A DNA stretch of 64,000 bases from the IMG/VR virus record IMGVR_UViG_3300044675_005263, positions 32,001 through 96,000 of that record, one strand, 5' to 3'. The position numbers and the translations under genes were made by a program. How positions within the stretch are numbered: the first letter of the stretch is position 1; every line of letters starts with the position of its first letter. The stretch comes from a virus. Positions 8,851 through 20,033 of this stretch are shown here, in pieces. A model generated the notes under the pieces. That model was not told the DNA's origin, did not search any database, and worked only from the letters and a program-made list of their open reading frames with translations.

Positions 8851-10490
8851 TCATACTTTAGGGCAATCGGCATAAGGGTTTTCACTTCCCTCGTTGTCCT
8901 CGCAACCGCACCAATTAAATCTTTCTACCTGCGTGGCGTGAGTTAGTTCTGCCAACTCTCCCCAACTTATAGAGTCTTGACTACATTTATGATCGTGTCC
9001 CAAGTTTAGTAGCGTTGTATTTTCATCGGTGTTTAGCTCTTGATCACACTTACCGCATAGCGGAATAATTTTTTCCCTCACTGCGCCACCTCGCAATCGT
9101 GTCCGTAAGCGTATGCTTCACGAGTCATACTTACGCCACACTCTACGCATTTTATTAGCCATACATCTTTAGCGTAATCATAGTCGTCCGTTATTTTCAT
9201 TTTTTACCTCTCCCTAGTTATGGACTCGGTGGGGAGTCGTATTGTTTCCGACCCTCTAGAGTTCAAGCCGTTCAGGTGTCCAGCGACTTCCCCCCACCGA
9301 GATACCTCAATCCTATCATACCTTCCTGCAAAAACAAAACCCCCACGCCATAAGCGTGAGGGCTTGCCGTAATCTTTTTACCCCGCTAAATAAACTCGGT
9401 CAAGTCCCTATCACTTATCTCGCTTACATCTACGCCTTCGGCTTCAGCGATAGCGTCCCAGAGATCAGCTTCGGTAAAGTCCCCCTCGGGCTTCCACTCC
9501 ATAAGTATAGATAGATAATCTTTCCCCACTTTTTTACCCCTCTCCCTCTTCATCTTTTATAAGGGTGAACGAAAACCCAGCGCAATACTCGTCGTGGCTT
9601 GCTCGTGTTGCCGTAAGAACGGTGCCTTCTTGCTTGAACCGTAGAGTAAAGTCCCCGTTTATCTTTAGTGTGTCTAACACTTTATCGAAAGACACTACGG
9701 CTTCCCCTCTAACTTTGTCCCAATTCATATTGCTTCCCGTAATTCTTACGGTATTCCAATCCACGCCAACCGTCTTACGCCAAGTGTTCATCATATCTTT
9801 GAACAACCATACCGAGTCCTGCCAGCAATCAAAACAATCGGCGCTAGGCGTGCCGTCCTCGTTGGTGCAAGTGCAATCGCTTTTCATCTCAAGCGTAATC
9901 TTTTCCATTGTGTCCATTATCTTGCCTTTCCCTAGTTTGTTTGAACAAGATAATCCTATCATACCTTTCTGCAAATAGGGCTCTTCAACTCCATATTGTT
10001 TTTTCCGGGTCCTCTAGCTTCTCGGCCTGGATCCTTTTTTACCCCTCGCCACAAAAAAGAAAAACCCCCGCCGTAGCGAGGGCTTCTCTTACTTCCGTTA
10101 CGCCTTGCCACCTCGTTTGCGATAGCGACCCAACGCTTCATCTAGTGTTGAGCAGTAATCACCGTTTTGAGCAACGAACCCGTTTTCAGTAGCAAGGACA
10201 TTCCATACTACGAACGGCATACCTTCGATAGCAAAATTGACGAATACCGCTACCCAAGAGGCATACAATCCCTGTGTCCGTTCGCCTGTCTTTGTAACCG
10301 CTATGGCAATACGCTCGTTGATAAACTCGCCAGCCTTGAACTCAATCAAGTCTTTAGGCACTTCATTTTGTGTAAGCATTTCTCCCTTTCTTACTAGCCG
10401 TCTTGCTAGTGGAGCAAGCCTATCATACCTCTCTGCACTTTCATAATCGAACCGCTTCCTGGATCCTTTTTTACCCCTGCCCCTTGCCAA
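8851..10490 (-). CDS. run of small early genes (8851-~9080, ~9079-9200, ~9387-9529, 9534-9917, 10098-~10379)
   Basis: each unit has boxed promoter, RBS and terminator; several Cys/His-rich. Confidence 0.6.
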
Positions 10491-10546
10491 AAGAAAAAAC
10501 CCCCACCTTTCGGTGAGGGCTTTTGCCTTGCTAAGTAATAGGGAGA

Positions 10547-10942
10547 TTACTTTGCGGTTAGGACAGGATACTCCGTAGTCTTTGCTACCAAGTCAAAAAT
10601 CTCTCGGTAGTCATTGAACAAAATATCTCCGTCAAAATCGGTGCGTTCCCTTAGGTCAATCTTGACTCGTTCCTCGCCAGCGACAAGCCCAACTTCTGCT
10701 TCGCCAACCCACTTATCTTTCTTATTGACCTTTATTTTTTCCCAACCCATAAGGGCGTAAATCTCTGCCTTGATTTTTTCCAACTCGGCAGTTTGCGCTG
10801 AAATCGTTTCAGAAATAGTTTTCTTTTTTGCGATTAGAGCGAGGACATTAGTTTCATCTAAAACTACTGCCTTCTTTGTTGTTGTTGTTGTTGCTACTGA
10901 CTTTACTTCTACTACTTCGTATGATACTTCGGTGTTAGCCAT
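10547..10942 (-). CDS. hypothetical coiled-coil protein
   Basis: start MANTEV after AAAGGAAA; own promoter TTGCAT-17-TATTGT. Confidence 0.7.
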   Translation of the reverse strand: MANTEVSYEVVEVKSVATTTTTKKAVVLDETNVLALIAKKKTISETISAQTAELEKIKAEIYALMGWEKIKVNKKDKWVGEAEVGLVAGEERVKIDLRERTDFDGDILFNDYREIFDLVAKTTEYPVLTAK

Positions 10943-11062
10943 TTGGCGTTTCCTTTTTCTCTTTGTCTTGTGTAAGTCCGAGCGATTTACCCGAACAAGT
11001 AGAACAATACACTCATCATAACCTTTATGCAAATCGTGGTGAGCGTGTCGTCAAATTATTTT

Positions 11063-14000
11063 TTATTGAGCCTCTGCGTGTTCGTAGAGTCCAGTATAGA
11101 TAATTACCTGACCTTCATTATCGTAGTCATATCCCACTCTTTGAGATAGGGCTTCTACTAGGTATGAGGTAGAGATAGCCCAGCGTGAGAACGCATAGCC
11201 AATTCCCCCACCAATAATCATCATCAGTAAAGTGAAACCATTGAAAAACATTTTTACCTCTTTCCCTTCGTCATTTGGTATTGCTAGGCAAGCCTATCAT
11301 ACCTTCCTTCAATTTTCGACAATCTCCACCTCAAACTCGGTAGAGCGTGCAAGGTCGTGTCCATACTCGTTTTGTAGCCAATCAAGGGCTTTTACCTCTG
11401 CCTCTCTTTGAGTATCGGCTTCTAGCTCCGTTCCAAAATGAGATACATAAGTAGCCTTCCAACTCTTACTCATTTACAACCTCATTTACTAAATCAACAA
11501 AAAGTTCGGCGGCATCACTCTGAAAACTCCACTCGCCGTCATCATACTTAGCAACAACTTCTCCCCATTGAGTATCCGTTAGTTCTTTCAGTTCGTCAGT
11601 TTCGTGGTCGTAGGCATAGTCCTCTACCGTTTCCTTATCCCAATAGGCGACTATCAACTCTTGCTCGCCGTCATACGCTTGCAACTGCTCAACCAAGTCT
11701 TTGACCTTCATGCCGTTACTCCCTTATCTTGATCCGTTTTTACCCCCAGCGTGTCTCGCCGTGTAGGTCTAGGCTCGTGTGCGGAGTTTGTTCCATCCCA
11801 TCCGCACACATCACCACCCGTTAGGTCTACCCACCAGCCAGCCTTATCTAGCCGTATGCCGTAGCCACAGAACTTGCATAGTCTCATTAGTAAGAGGCTC
11901 CTAGTTTGTCGGGATTATTTACTGCGTATTCCACGCCGTTATCGTATCCAGCATAATAAAGACTCTCTAGCCGTTCGGCTAGAACCTTTACCGCCTTATC
12001 CATATCGGACATGCTTGCCTCGAAATACATTATTTCCTCGGCTTGTTCTTTTACATCTTTACGAACTTGTTTTTTTGTTCTCATCTTTGTATCACCTCCG
12101 TCATTTGTTGAGCAAGTTTATCATACCTTTTGATTATTCTGTATCTTTTTCTTGACGGATAACATTTACTGCGTTCATAAAAGTTTCTGCTCGAACTTGA
12201 TTGAAAACAAAGTCGTTCGTCCAAAGTCTAAGAAACCTTATCCATTGTTCTTCCGTGATTTCATATCCGAGTTCAGCTTCGACATCTGACTTACACCAAA
12301 CGCCCCAATGAACAAGTTCATTTGGGTCAAACTCCTGAGCAATAAACTCAGCAACTTGATCAGCGGTGAGGAACTCAGCATCTTCTTCTAGTTCTTCATC
12401 ATCTATCTCTATGTTATTTTCATCTTCCATTTTTTATATCACCCCCTTTTTTTCATCTCAGTTTTACCCCTAGTTCGTGCCGACCCAAGTTATCTAAAGT
12501 TTCTTGGGCAATCTCGATAATCCGTTCTAGGATTTTCGGAGAAATCATATGTTCCAACACGACAGGCTCCTCGCCTTCTGTGTGGTCATGGACAAAGAGA
12601 ACAACATTTCCTGCTTCCGAATAGCCGAAGCCAATCGGATAGGTAGAGGTCATAAAATCTAAGTGCATGGTGTTATCAGACATTGGTGCTATCAGGGTTC
12701 CCTTTGGTAGAACCTGCTTTTTGACTTTTGCCATTTGGCTTTTTCCCTTCGTCATTTGTGGAAGTATCATAGCAGTTTTAGTGGTGGAAATCCACCGCAA
12801 CCATAAATTGTTTTTTTGGGTCTTTCTCAATGCGCTCGTGTAGGTATTGCAGATTTGCGGTGCCAGCCTCTAGGTCAAACATGGCACTATCGTAAGTCCA
12901 GTAGTCGGCAAGTGTTGAGCCAATGGTTCGCAAGTAATGACCGTCCATGCCTAGATTATAGTTATTGACTATGGGTTTGTAATCGGCAATTAGATCAGAA
13001 ATGTTCTCTCTACCTTCTAAGTAAGACAACGCTCTTTTCATATTGGCAACTCGGTATTCAGAGAACTCTTTTATCACTTCGTTCCACTTCTCAGGGTCGT
13101 TAGAATAAAGAATTACATCTGGCTCTCCTTCTCCAAAGAGTCCAGAGAAACGCCCACCTATCTCAGACCAATCAGACCAACTTGCCTCATCAAGTCTGCT
13201 ACCAACTGCGTCAATAGCGTCTTGGTGGTTCTCAGCTTCAACAAAAATCAACTGCACACTATGAGACATTTTTACCCCTACACCTTTCCCCAAGAACGGG
13301 CTTCGGTGTAAGGCTCTGCAACATACTCAGCCCACTTGATTAAATCACGGGGAAACTCACATAGGGCTTCTTGCTCTGCCAACTCTATCGCTTCGTCCTC
13401 TGTGTTGGCTTCGACTTCATAATAAATGTTGTTGTCCTCTGAGAGATACCCTCGCACTATCCATTTCTGCTTTTCCATTTTTACCCCTCTTGTTCGCTTT
13501 GTTCTAAGTTGGAAATGATTTCCTCAGGCGACATAAAATCTAAAAGGTCTAGGTGTGAAGTAAGTTCTACAACTTCGCACTCTCGGCACTCCTCTATTCT
13601 TTCCAGCCTTCTCAGCAGGGCTTCATCTCTTAGTGTTAGTTCCAAACCTTCCTCTATCTTGGAAAAAATAACTCTCATCTGTAAATGAAATCTTTTCATA
13701 TAGTCCAAAGAATTTTGGTATAACTCATTTGAAACTATGTCGTTTTCTTTGAGAATTTTCTCGTTGATTTTGCAGGTAGGTATCCACACAGTTTCATTAT
13801 CTATGATTAGTTGATAGCCATCATCAGAAGTTTTCTTTGAGATAGGTTCGTAACTGTGTCTGACTCTGCTAACTGCCATGCTGTGAATACGAGTTCTCTT
13901 TTTCATTTTCTCCCTTTCGTCGTTTGATAAAGCCGAGCCTATCATACCTTTCTGCTAATCCAAAACTAGAATTGCGTCTTTCTGCAAAATAGGTTTTCCC

Positions 14001-14849
14001 TCGTTCTCAATGTCGCAAACATTTACTATGTGTTCAGCGACAACCACCTTCGCACTTTCTACTGCTTCGTCAATGGTGTGGGTAACTTGATCTAAATGGT
14101 TGCCATTTTGGTAGAGGTCAAACCAGTTGTTATGCACCCAGTAGTAATCCTCATCGTCGTGGGTTGCTTCAAGCTTCTCGTCCGAGTCTAAGTCCGAGCG
14201 TATGAAATCATTTGGTGAGCAGAGGTCATAGTAGTAATCCTCACCCGCTTTGTATTTTAGGTGGGTATCCCCGTCAGCATAAACATCTACTTGGTATCCG
14301 TCTATCTCTATGCTTGCAACCCAACCACGGTCAAAGAACACGCTCTCTGTCCGTTTAGGGTGAGGTGTTTCGTTATAGACAATCTTGTATTCATACAGAC
14401 CCGACTCCACGGTTTTACCCCTCGCCGTTTGCTTGCCGTAAGAACTCGCCAATCTTGTCCGATAGGTCATAGTCAAGATCAACTTCGGCAGGGTCGTCAA
14501 AGTTAGTAGTTCTCCAAACCCCCTCACCAGTTTCAAGGTTGGTGTATTCATAGACCACGCCGTCTTGGAAGTGTGCGTTTAGTGTTTCGTCCTCGGCACT
14601 CCACTTCTTTGTTTCCGTGTTGTATGAAAGTAGAAAATGTATCTCTCTCATTTTTTACCCCCGCTCAATCGAATAAACGAGTTTAGTTAAATCTATGCTA
14701 TCTCTCTCGTCAGGGTGTATTAACTCTGCCCACTCATCTCGGCAATCAAGGCAGACCCAATCAATCCAATCCGAGCCTGTATCTATTACTAGGCAGTTCT
14801 CGGTATCGCACTCACGGCAAGTCAAGCCGTGAAAAACTCTTACCTGCAT
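11063..14849 (-). CDS. run of ~12 small, mostly acidic early genes (11063-11251, 11309-11473, 11466-11711, 11708-11887, 11887-12084, 12134-12430, 12453-12734, 12778-13269, 13278-13478, 13481-13906, 13955-14410, 14415-14651, 14655-14849)
   Basis: contiguous minus-strand ORFs with RBSs and stop/start coupling; no recognisable catalytic motifs. Confidence 0.7.
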
Positions 14850-15140
14850 TTTTTCCCTTTCTCTCTTTGTAGCCCAACCCTATCATACCTATCCAAATAA
14901 TCATAGTAGGAACTCTGAATTATTTTTTCCTAAATGCACTCCTGCACCTCACGCTCAAAAAATTAAAAAAGGTGGCGGTCTGCCCGGAAGTAATAATTCA
15001 CACTTGCCGTAAAGCTTCACGATCAAAATTTACCCCCACAAAGTGAAAAGCCCCACCGAGTAGGTGAGGCTTCTCTAGTTTCTAATCGGGGCGACACATG
15101 CTGGGAAAAATACATACCCAATTAGAAATCCTATTCTAGG

Positions 15141-16919
15141 TCAAGCGACCTGCCTTTGCCCTGCGGTTGAGAGGACTCGCTCTGCGGTTCGCCCAATAGC
15201 CAACGCCGACTCTGTGGGGCTGGTAATCCCTGCCACCACCTGAGCATTTACGCCCTTGCAGAGATACTCTGCCTGTGCGCCTGAGTCGCCAATCGGAAGC
15301 CATAGAACTGCTACGCCATTTCGGGTGCAAGCCTTTAGCCAACGCTGAGCCAATTCGCTTTCCTCAGGTGTGTAATGTCCGTCCGACACAACCACGAGTA
15401 AGCGAGCGCCAGTTCCATTGAGAAGGTTGAGTGAGCCGTCCAATGAACGAAATGCTCGGTCGAACTTTTCAGTTCCGTCAGGTGCAGAATAAACTGAAAC
15501 TTCTTTTAGTCGCTGACCTGCTTTGAGTGTTGGGAAAACATCTGAGCCGTAATAAACCATAGCGCATTGACCCTGAACTCTACGAACTGCCTCAGACATA
15601 ATCCATGCAGTAGAAGCCATTGGTTGCATAGCACTAGACATTGACCCTGAAATATCAACCATTACTCCAACTGTGAGTGTTGGTTCGTCTGTGTGCTTGC
15701 GAACTGTTTTGCGAAAAGCCTCTGCTTGCTTATGAACTCCACGAGAAGCAAGTGCCTTGCTCTGAATAATTGCACGAGTGCGTAATCTCCCCGGAGGTGT
15801 AATGCTATTTACTTCTGTAATGTCCTTCTCACGATACTTTGCCTTTTCCAATGCACGAGCAATCTTTACTGTCGCACTTCTTTCAGAAGCAATAGGCGCT
15901 CTTTTCTCAATCAACTTAGAGGCAGTTCGGAATTCTCCGGGACCTGAACTCTTTGAGAATACTTGACGAGAGATTTCCTCATTTTTCTTTTGCTCTTTAG
16001 AACTCATTGACTTCTTTTCAGCAGACTCTTTCATAGCCTCTGAACTCTGTTGCTCTGATAAATCATCTGCAACATTTTCAGAAACTTCTGAGTCCATGTC
16101 TGCCATGAGTTCGCTCATCATCTTTGCGAAGGCTTCCATTTCCTCAGGAGTAGGTTCTCCCTTTTCTTTCTTTGCTTCTCTTACCAACTCAGCCCACTCA
16201 ACTGCTAATGGGTAGCAAGGAGAAATATCATGGTGGCGAGTGTGGCTTTGGAACTTCTCAATAATCGCAACCAACTTCGCAACTAGGTCAGCACCTAGAA
16301 AATCATTTACTTGCTTGATTAAATCTGTCGCTTCTGTTTCTAGTAATGACCCTGCAACGATACGAGCATGAGCCAATCCCACCAACTGGCAAGCAGACCC
16401 AACGCTAGAATTCTCTGCAAAAGTTTCTTTCGCTTCGTCAATAATTAAACCCATAGCACTTGCTCGTAGAAAGTTCTTTGCTCTAGGCATAGCAATAATT
16501 CCCTGTGCCTCAATGCGACCTTCCTCTAATAACATCAAAGCCTGAAACTCATCTTGCTTTAGGTCTTTAATTCCCTGAGCCATATCCCAAGTAGAAAACT
16601 TTGCGTGGAAGGCTTCGTGCATAATCGCACCAATCGCTTTTGGAAACTCGAATTGGTTGCGTGGCTTTGTAAGGTCGTCAATCAGATTAGGTGTAATACC
16701 TTCTCCAAAAGCCTCAATCGTATTTACCTGCACCTCAGCAAGTGAAGGGATAAAGCAAGCAGGTGCGCCTTCACCTTTGTCTGTGCCAATGCAAGCAACA
16801 ATGTCGCTTCGCTCAGACCACTCATTAACGAGCAATCCAATTTCGTATCCAACTGGTAGCCACTCAGTAGGTGTCTTGACCCCTGAGCCTTTTGTTTCTA
16901 GTGGCTTAATGTGTGCCAT
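15141..16919 (-). CDS. vWA-domain protein (CobT/NorD-like) with N-terminal HExxH motif
   Basis: MIDAS DISGSM, T, VVSDG; HEAFH...EEGRIE. Confidence 0.85.
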   Translation of the reverse strand: MAHIKPLETKGSGVKTPTEWLPVGYEIGLLVNEWSERSDIVACIGTDKGEGAPACFIPSLAEVQVNTIEAFGEGITPNLIDDLTKPRNQFEFPKAIGAIMHEAFHAKFSTWDMAQGIKDLKQDEFQALMLLEEGRIEAQGIIAMPRAKNFLRASAMGLIIDEAKETFAENSSVGSACQLVGLAHARIVAGSLLETEATDLIKQVNDFLGADLVAKLVAIIEKFQSHTRHHDISPCYPLAVEWAELVREAKKEKGEPTPEEMEAFAKMMSELMADMDSEVSENVADDLSEQQSSEAMKESAEKKSMSSKEQKKNEEISRQVFSKSSGPGEFRTASKLIEKRAPIASERSATVKIARALEKAKYREKDITEVNSITPPGRLRTRAIIQSKALASRGVHKQAEAFRKTVRKHTDEPTLTVGVMVDISGSMSSAMQPMASTAWIMSEAVRRVQGQCAMVYYGSDVFPTLKAGQRLKEVSVYSAPDGTEKFDRAFRSLDGSLNLLNGTGARLLVVVSDGHYTPEESELAQRWLKACTRNGVAVLWLPIGDSGAQAEYLCKGVNAQVVAGITSPTESALAIGRTAERVLSTAGQRQVA

Positions 16920-17146
16920 GTCTTTTGTCCTTTTCCCTTTTAGTTTTGTATCGTGTGTCTAACGATAGGTCTATCATACATTTTTATTTATCTATATGCA
17001 ACTTTAGGTCTATCTGTGTCTAGGTCGGAAGGTGTGAATTTTGATCGTAGGACTCAAAGCTTCCCCTCGCTTTTACCCCCTTTGGTTATGGTGAGGACTC
17101 CACCCATGAAGCCCTCACCCAACCAAGTCAGCAATCTAATAGGGAG

Positions 17147-18205
17147 TTAGATTTTCGCTGGCTTATGCTCAGCGCCATAGGCACGAGCAATAACATCAAC
17201 CACCACATCTCTATCTAACTCAGGTGCGCTCGCAATCAAGTTAGCGATAGCAAACTCTGTGCCAAATAGTTCGGCAGTAGAACGGAAAGCAAGCAACTCT
17301 CTCATCTGAGGCGACCAAGAAATCTCGGCGCTATCGCCCTGAGTTCTCTTAAACAAGTTCTGAGCAACGCTCACCATTGTCTTTGGAACTCCCAACTTCT
17401 CAGCCAGTTTCCAATCTGTGGTGAGTTCTGCCTGAATTGCAAAACGAGATAGCAACGCTTCTGAAAGTCGAACTCCCGGAGCGTTAGGGTTGGTTGCACC
17501 CACTACGAAAAAGTTAGGGTGGATTTTGATAGTTCCTCTATCAGGGTTCATTGGAATTGTGAATTCCTTTCGTCCGTCCATAGCACCATAAGCAAATGAA
17601 AGAACTTTAGGGTCAATCAAACCAATTTCGTCAATCAAAAGTGGTTCGCCATTTTCTACTGCCTTTGTAAATTCTCCGTCAATCCACTCAAAGTTTCCAC
17701 TAGGTGTCTGAACGAAACTTCCCAAGAAATCTGAAACTTCTGTATCTCCACTTCCAATAATTGTGTGGAGAGTTTCATCAGCAAATGAAGCCTCAATGAG
17801 TGCAGTTTTTCCAGTTCCCGGAGCGCCATAGAGAAGGACGAACTGTGGGTCGCCAACTCCTTCTGAATTGTATTTTGAGGTGGCTTCTCTCGCTTTGCGG
17901 AGAACTGCTATGTCCTTATGAATTCCCCATTGGCGAGTGAAATACTTTTGTCCATTAGGACGAACATAAAATTCGTCAGCCTCGAAAGACTCGACATTTA
18001 CTTCACTAGGACTCATAGCACCAACTCTCTCTTTGGCTTTTCTGTCTGCGCCACTTGCTCGCTCAACGAAACGACCATTAGGTAATACTTTTGCATTTAG
18101 TCGGAGTGAAGTTTCCTCATGCACATTTTGCACTATGCACTCTGAAACGATATTCCAAAAGTCGCCCCCAATAGAAGCCAAACTCTCTTTGATAATTGTA
18201 TCCAT
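17147..18205 (-). CDS. MoxR/CbbQ/CobS-like AAA+ ATPase
   Basis: GAPGTGKT, LLIDE, ATNP, ALLSRF. Confidence 0.9.
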   Translation of the reverse strand: MDTIIKESLASIGGDFWNIVSECIVQNVHEETSLRLNAKVLPNGRFVERASGADRKAKERVGAMSPSEVNVESFEADEFYVRPNGQKYFTRQWGIHKDIAVLRKAREATSKYNSEGVGDPQFVLLYGAPGTGKTALIEASFADETLHTIIGSGDTEVSDFLGSFVQTPSGNFEWIDGEFTKAVENGEPLLIDEIGLIDPKVLSFAYGAMDGRKEFTIPMNPDRGTIKIHPNFFVVGATNPNAPGVRLSEALLSRFAIQAELTTDWKLAEKLGVPKTMVSVAQNLFKRTQGDSAEISWSPQMRELLAFRSTAELFGTEFAIANLIASAPELDRDVVVDVIARAYGAEHKPAKI

Positions 18206-18217
18206 TTTTATTGCCCC

Positions 18218-18673
18218 CTAAGCAATCTCAACAGGAAAGCCCAATGCTTTTCTGCTTTGGTTGATACGATAAACAACCTTGATAGGTGTTTCTCCCTTTG
18301 ATACTTCTGCCAAATCCTTCTGAGAAGTTTCGACTAGAAATGGCTCATTAACAATAGTCCAACCACCTTTAATAAAACCCTCGAAAATAGAAGTCAGATT
18401 TTCTATGCGCTTCTCAATGTAGGTTTCTCTATCTGAGTCAGCCAAATCCTTCACGCCAATTTCAGCGAGTTCTGTGGCTGGTCGTAGTGTTGTAGCAGAC
18501 CACAACTTCTTTGGTTTATCAGCAGATAACATGCGACGATAAACCTTTGCTGGAACTGGATTTCCTTCGGGAGAAAATCCGTCAGGAGTCATAAAGAACT
18601 CTGTGCGAAATCCCTCTTTAGAGAACTCAGCATAAACTGTGAGTCCTTGCACTTGCTTTGTTTTGTCTAACAT
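18218..18673 (-). CDS. hypothetical protein, first gene of the AAA-vWA operon
   Basis: ACGAAAGGA RBS, promoter upstream. Confidence 0.7.
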   Translation of the reverse strand: MLDKTKQVQGLTVYAEFSKEGFRTEFFMTPDGFSPEGNPVPAKVYRRMLSADKPKKLWSATTLRPATELAEIGVKDLADSDRETYIEKRIENLTSIFEGFIKGGWTIVNEPFLVETSQKDLAEVSKGETPIKVVYRINQSRKALGFPVEIA

Positions 18674-18833
18674 GGGTGTCCTTTCGTCGTTTCGCACCCC
18701 CAAAGTGCGATAAGGCAACTCTAGCAGAAAACATCATAGAGGCAAAATTAGCCTAAGCGTGTCGTAAAAATAGTTCTGCCCCAACGCTAAAACGACGAAT
18801 AAAAGCGTGGGGCAGAATCTTGTTTTGATCGTA

Positions 18834-19431
18834 TTAGGAAATAGAGATTTCCTTTACGATTTCAGGGTCAGGGGTAAAAACTGGCTTCTCCTTATGAAGC
18901 TTTAGTCCAAATTTCTTGAACTCTTTATTAAAGGCTTTATCCTTCTGTGGTCGTCCTGCTTCTACCCACTCGGAAATGACTCGAGCTGCTAGATACCTTT
19001 CCTCGTCCTTTGCTTCCATGACCATAAGGAAGTCCTCCCGGATCCACGCACCAGTTCCAATCACCGTTATCTGATTGGCGTTACCGTAGTTCCCGTCGAT
19101 ATCGAAATAATGTAATCTCATTTTTTACCTCTCTTGTATTCCCACTCCGTTAGGGTAGCACGCCCAGACATTTCCATCTGGGCACGCCGACCTCGAATTA
19201 TTTTTTCCGGGCTTTCTTCAGCATCTTGGATATTTTCTTGAGTTCGTCCTCGCCAAGTTCCACGCCGATTTCGTATGCAACATCTTTGGCGTATCCGTTA
19301 TCCATGGACTCTTCCAACTCCGCTTTATAGATTGGGTCAAGCCCGTTCATGTCCTCGTCGTCAAAGATATAGGCGGTGTCCGATAGGGCGAACCAAGTAT
19401 CCGTTCCAGTATGGCAAACATATAGGGTCAT
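18834..19431 (-). CDS. two hypothetical proteins (18834-19121, 19198-19431)
   Basis: ORFs with RBS, YFD.DGNYG motif in the first. Confidence 0.65.
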
Positions 19432-20033
19432 GCCGATACCTCCGCTTCCTCTTCCTCGTCCTCTTTATAGTTAGGGCAATCCGAGTAGTAAGAACATTCC
19501 TCGGGGTCTTCAACGCATGGACATTCCTCGCCCATCTTCTCCCAGCAAGCGTGGTCAATCTCGCCACCCTCTTCGCTGAACTCCTCGCCGTTCTGGTAAA
19601 TAACAATCCCCCAGAAGCACATGCCAGTCTCATTGTATTTGTGTTCAATACAAAGAGTAGGGAAGATTTCGGCAAGCCGAGCAATCGCTATATCTGGTGG
19701 AGACCAAGCCGAATCAAAAGAGTAGGAAAGTGAATCAGTAGATTCGCTGAAATAAACTGAGTCCTCGCCACAAACATCCCACTTAGTTCCCCAAGAGTTG
19801 ATGTGGTTGTGATACCAGTCCTCGTCTCCTTGAGACCTAAAAGCCTCTCCAATTCTTGGCTCTGCATCTTTTGTTGGAGTAGTGATGTTGTAAAGAGAAA
19901 AGATTGGATTTGCAATCTCTTCAACAGTTCCTTCAATGGTTCGCTTGATTGGGCGACCAACAAACTCCTTAAGATTTTTTAGAGTCTCTTGGTCCCCGGA
20001 AATGTTTATTGTATTTGAGCACCAGTTAGGCAT
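19428..20033 (-). CDS. DUF1281/YubB ferredoxin-like domain protein
   Basis: MPNWCSN, WY....NSWGTKWD, FDSAWSPP, Y.E.G..F.G. Confidence 0.85.
   Translation of the reverse strand: MPNWCSNTINISGDQETLKNLKEFVGRPIKRTIEGTVEEIANPIFSLYNITTPTKDAEPRIGEAFRSQGDEDWYHNHINSWGTKWDVCGEDSVYFSESTDSLSYSFDSAWSPPDIAIARLAEIFPTLCIEHKYNETGMCFWGIVIYQNGEEFSEEGGEIDHACWEKMGEECPCVEDPEECSYYSDCPNYKEDEEEEAEVSA

Noticed and set aside
9225-9301. hammerhead ribozyme in the leader hairpin
   Set aside because: has CUGAACG and GAAA but not CUGANGA with correctly placed stems
15141-18205. genuine cobaltochelatase CobST for B12 synthesis (tempting given class II RNR)
   Set aside because: no cobN or other cob genes; generic MoxR-vWA pair in an early-gene context
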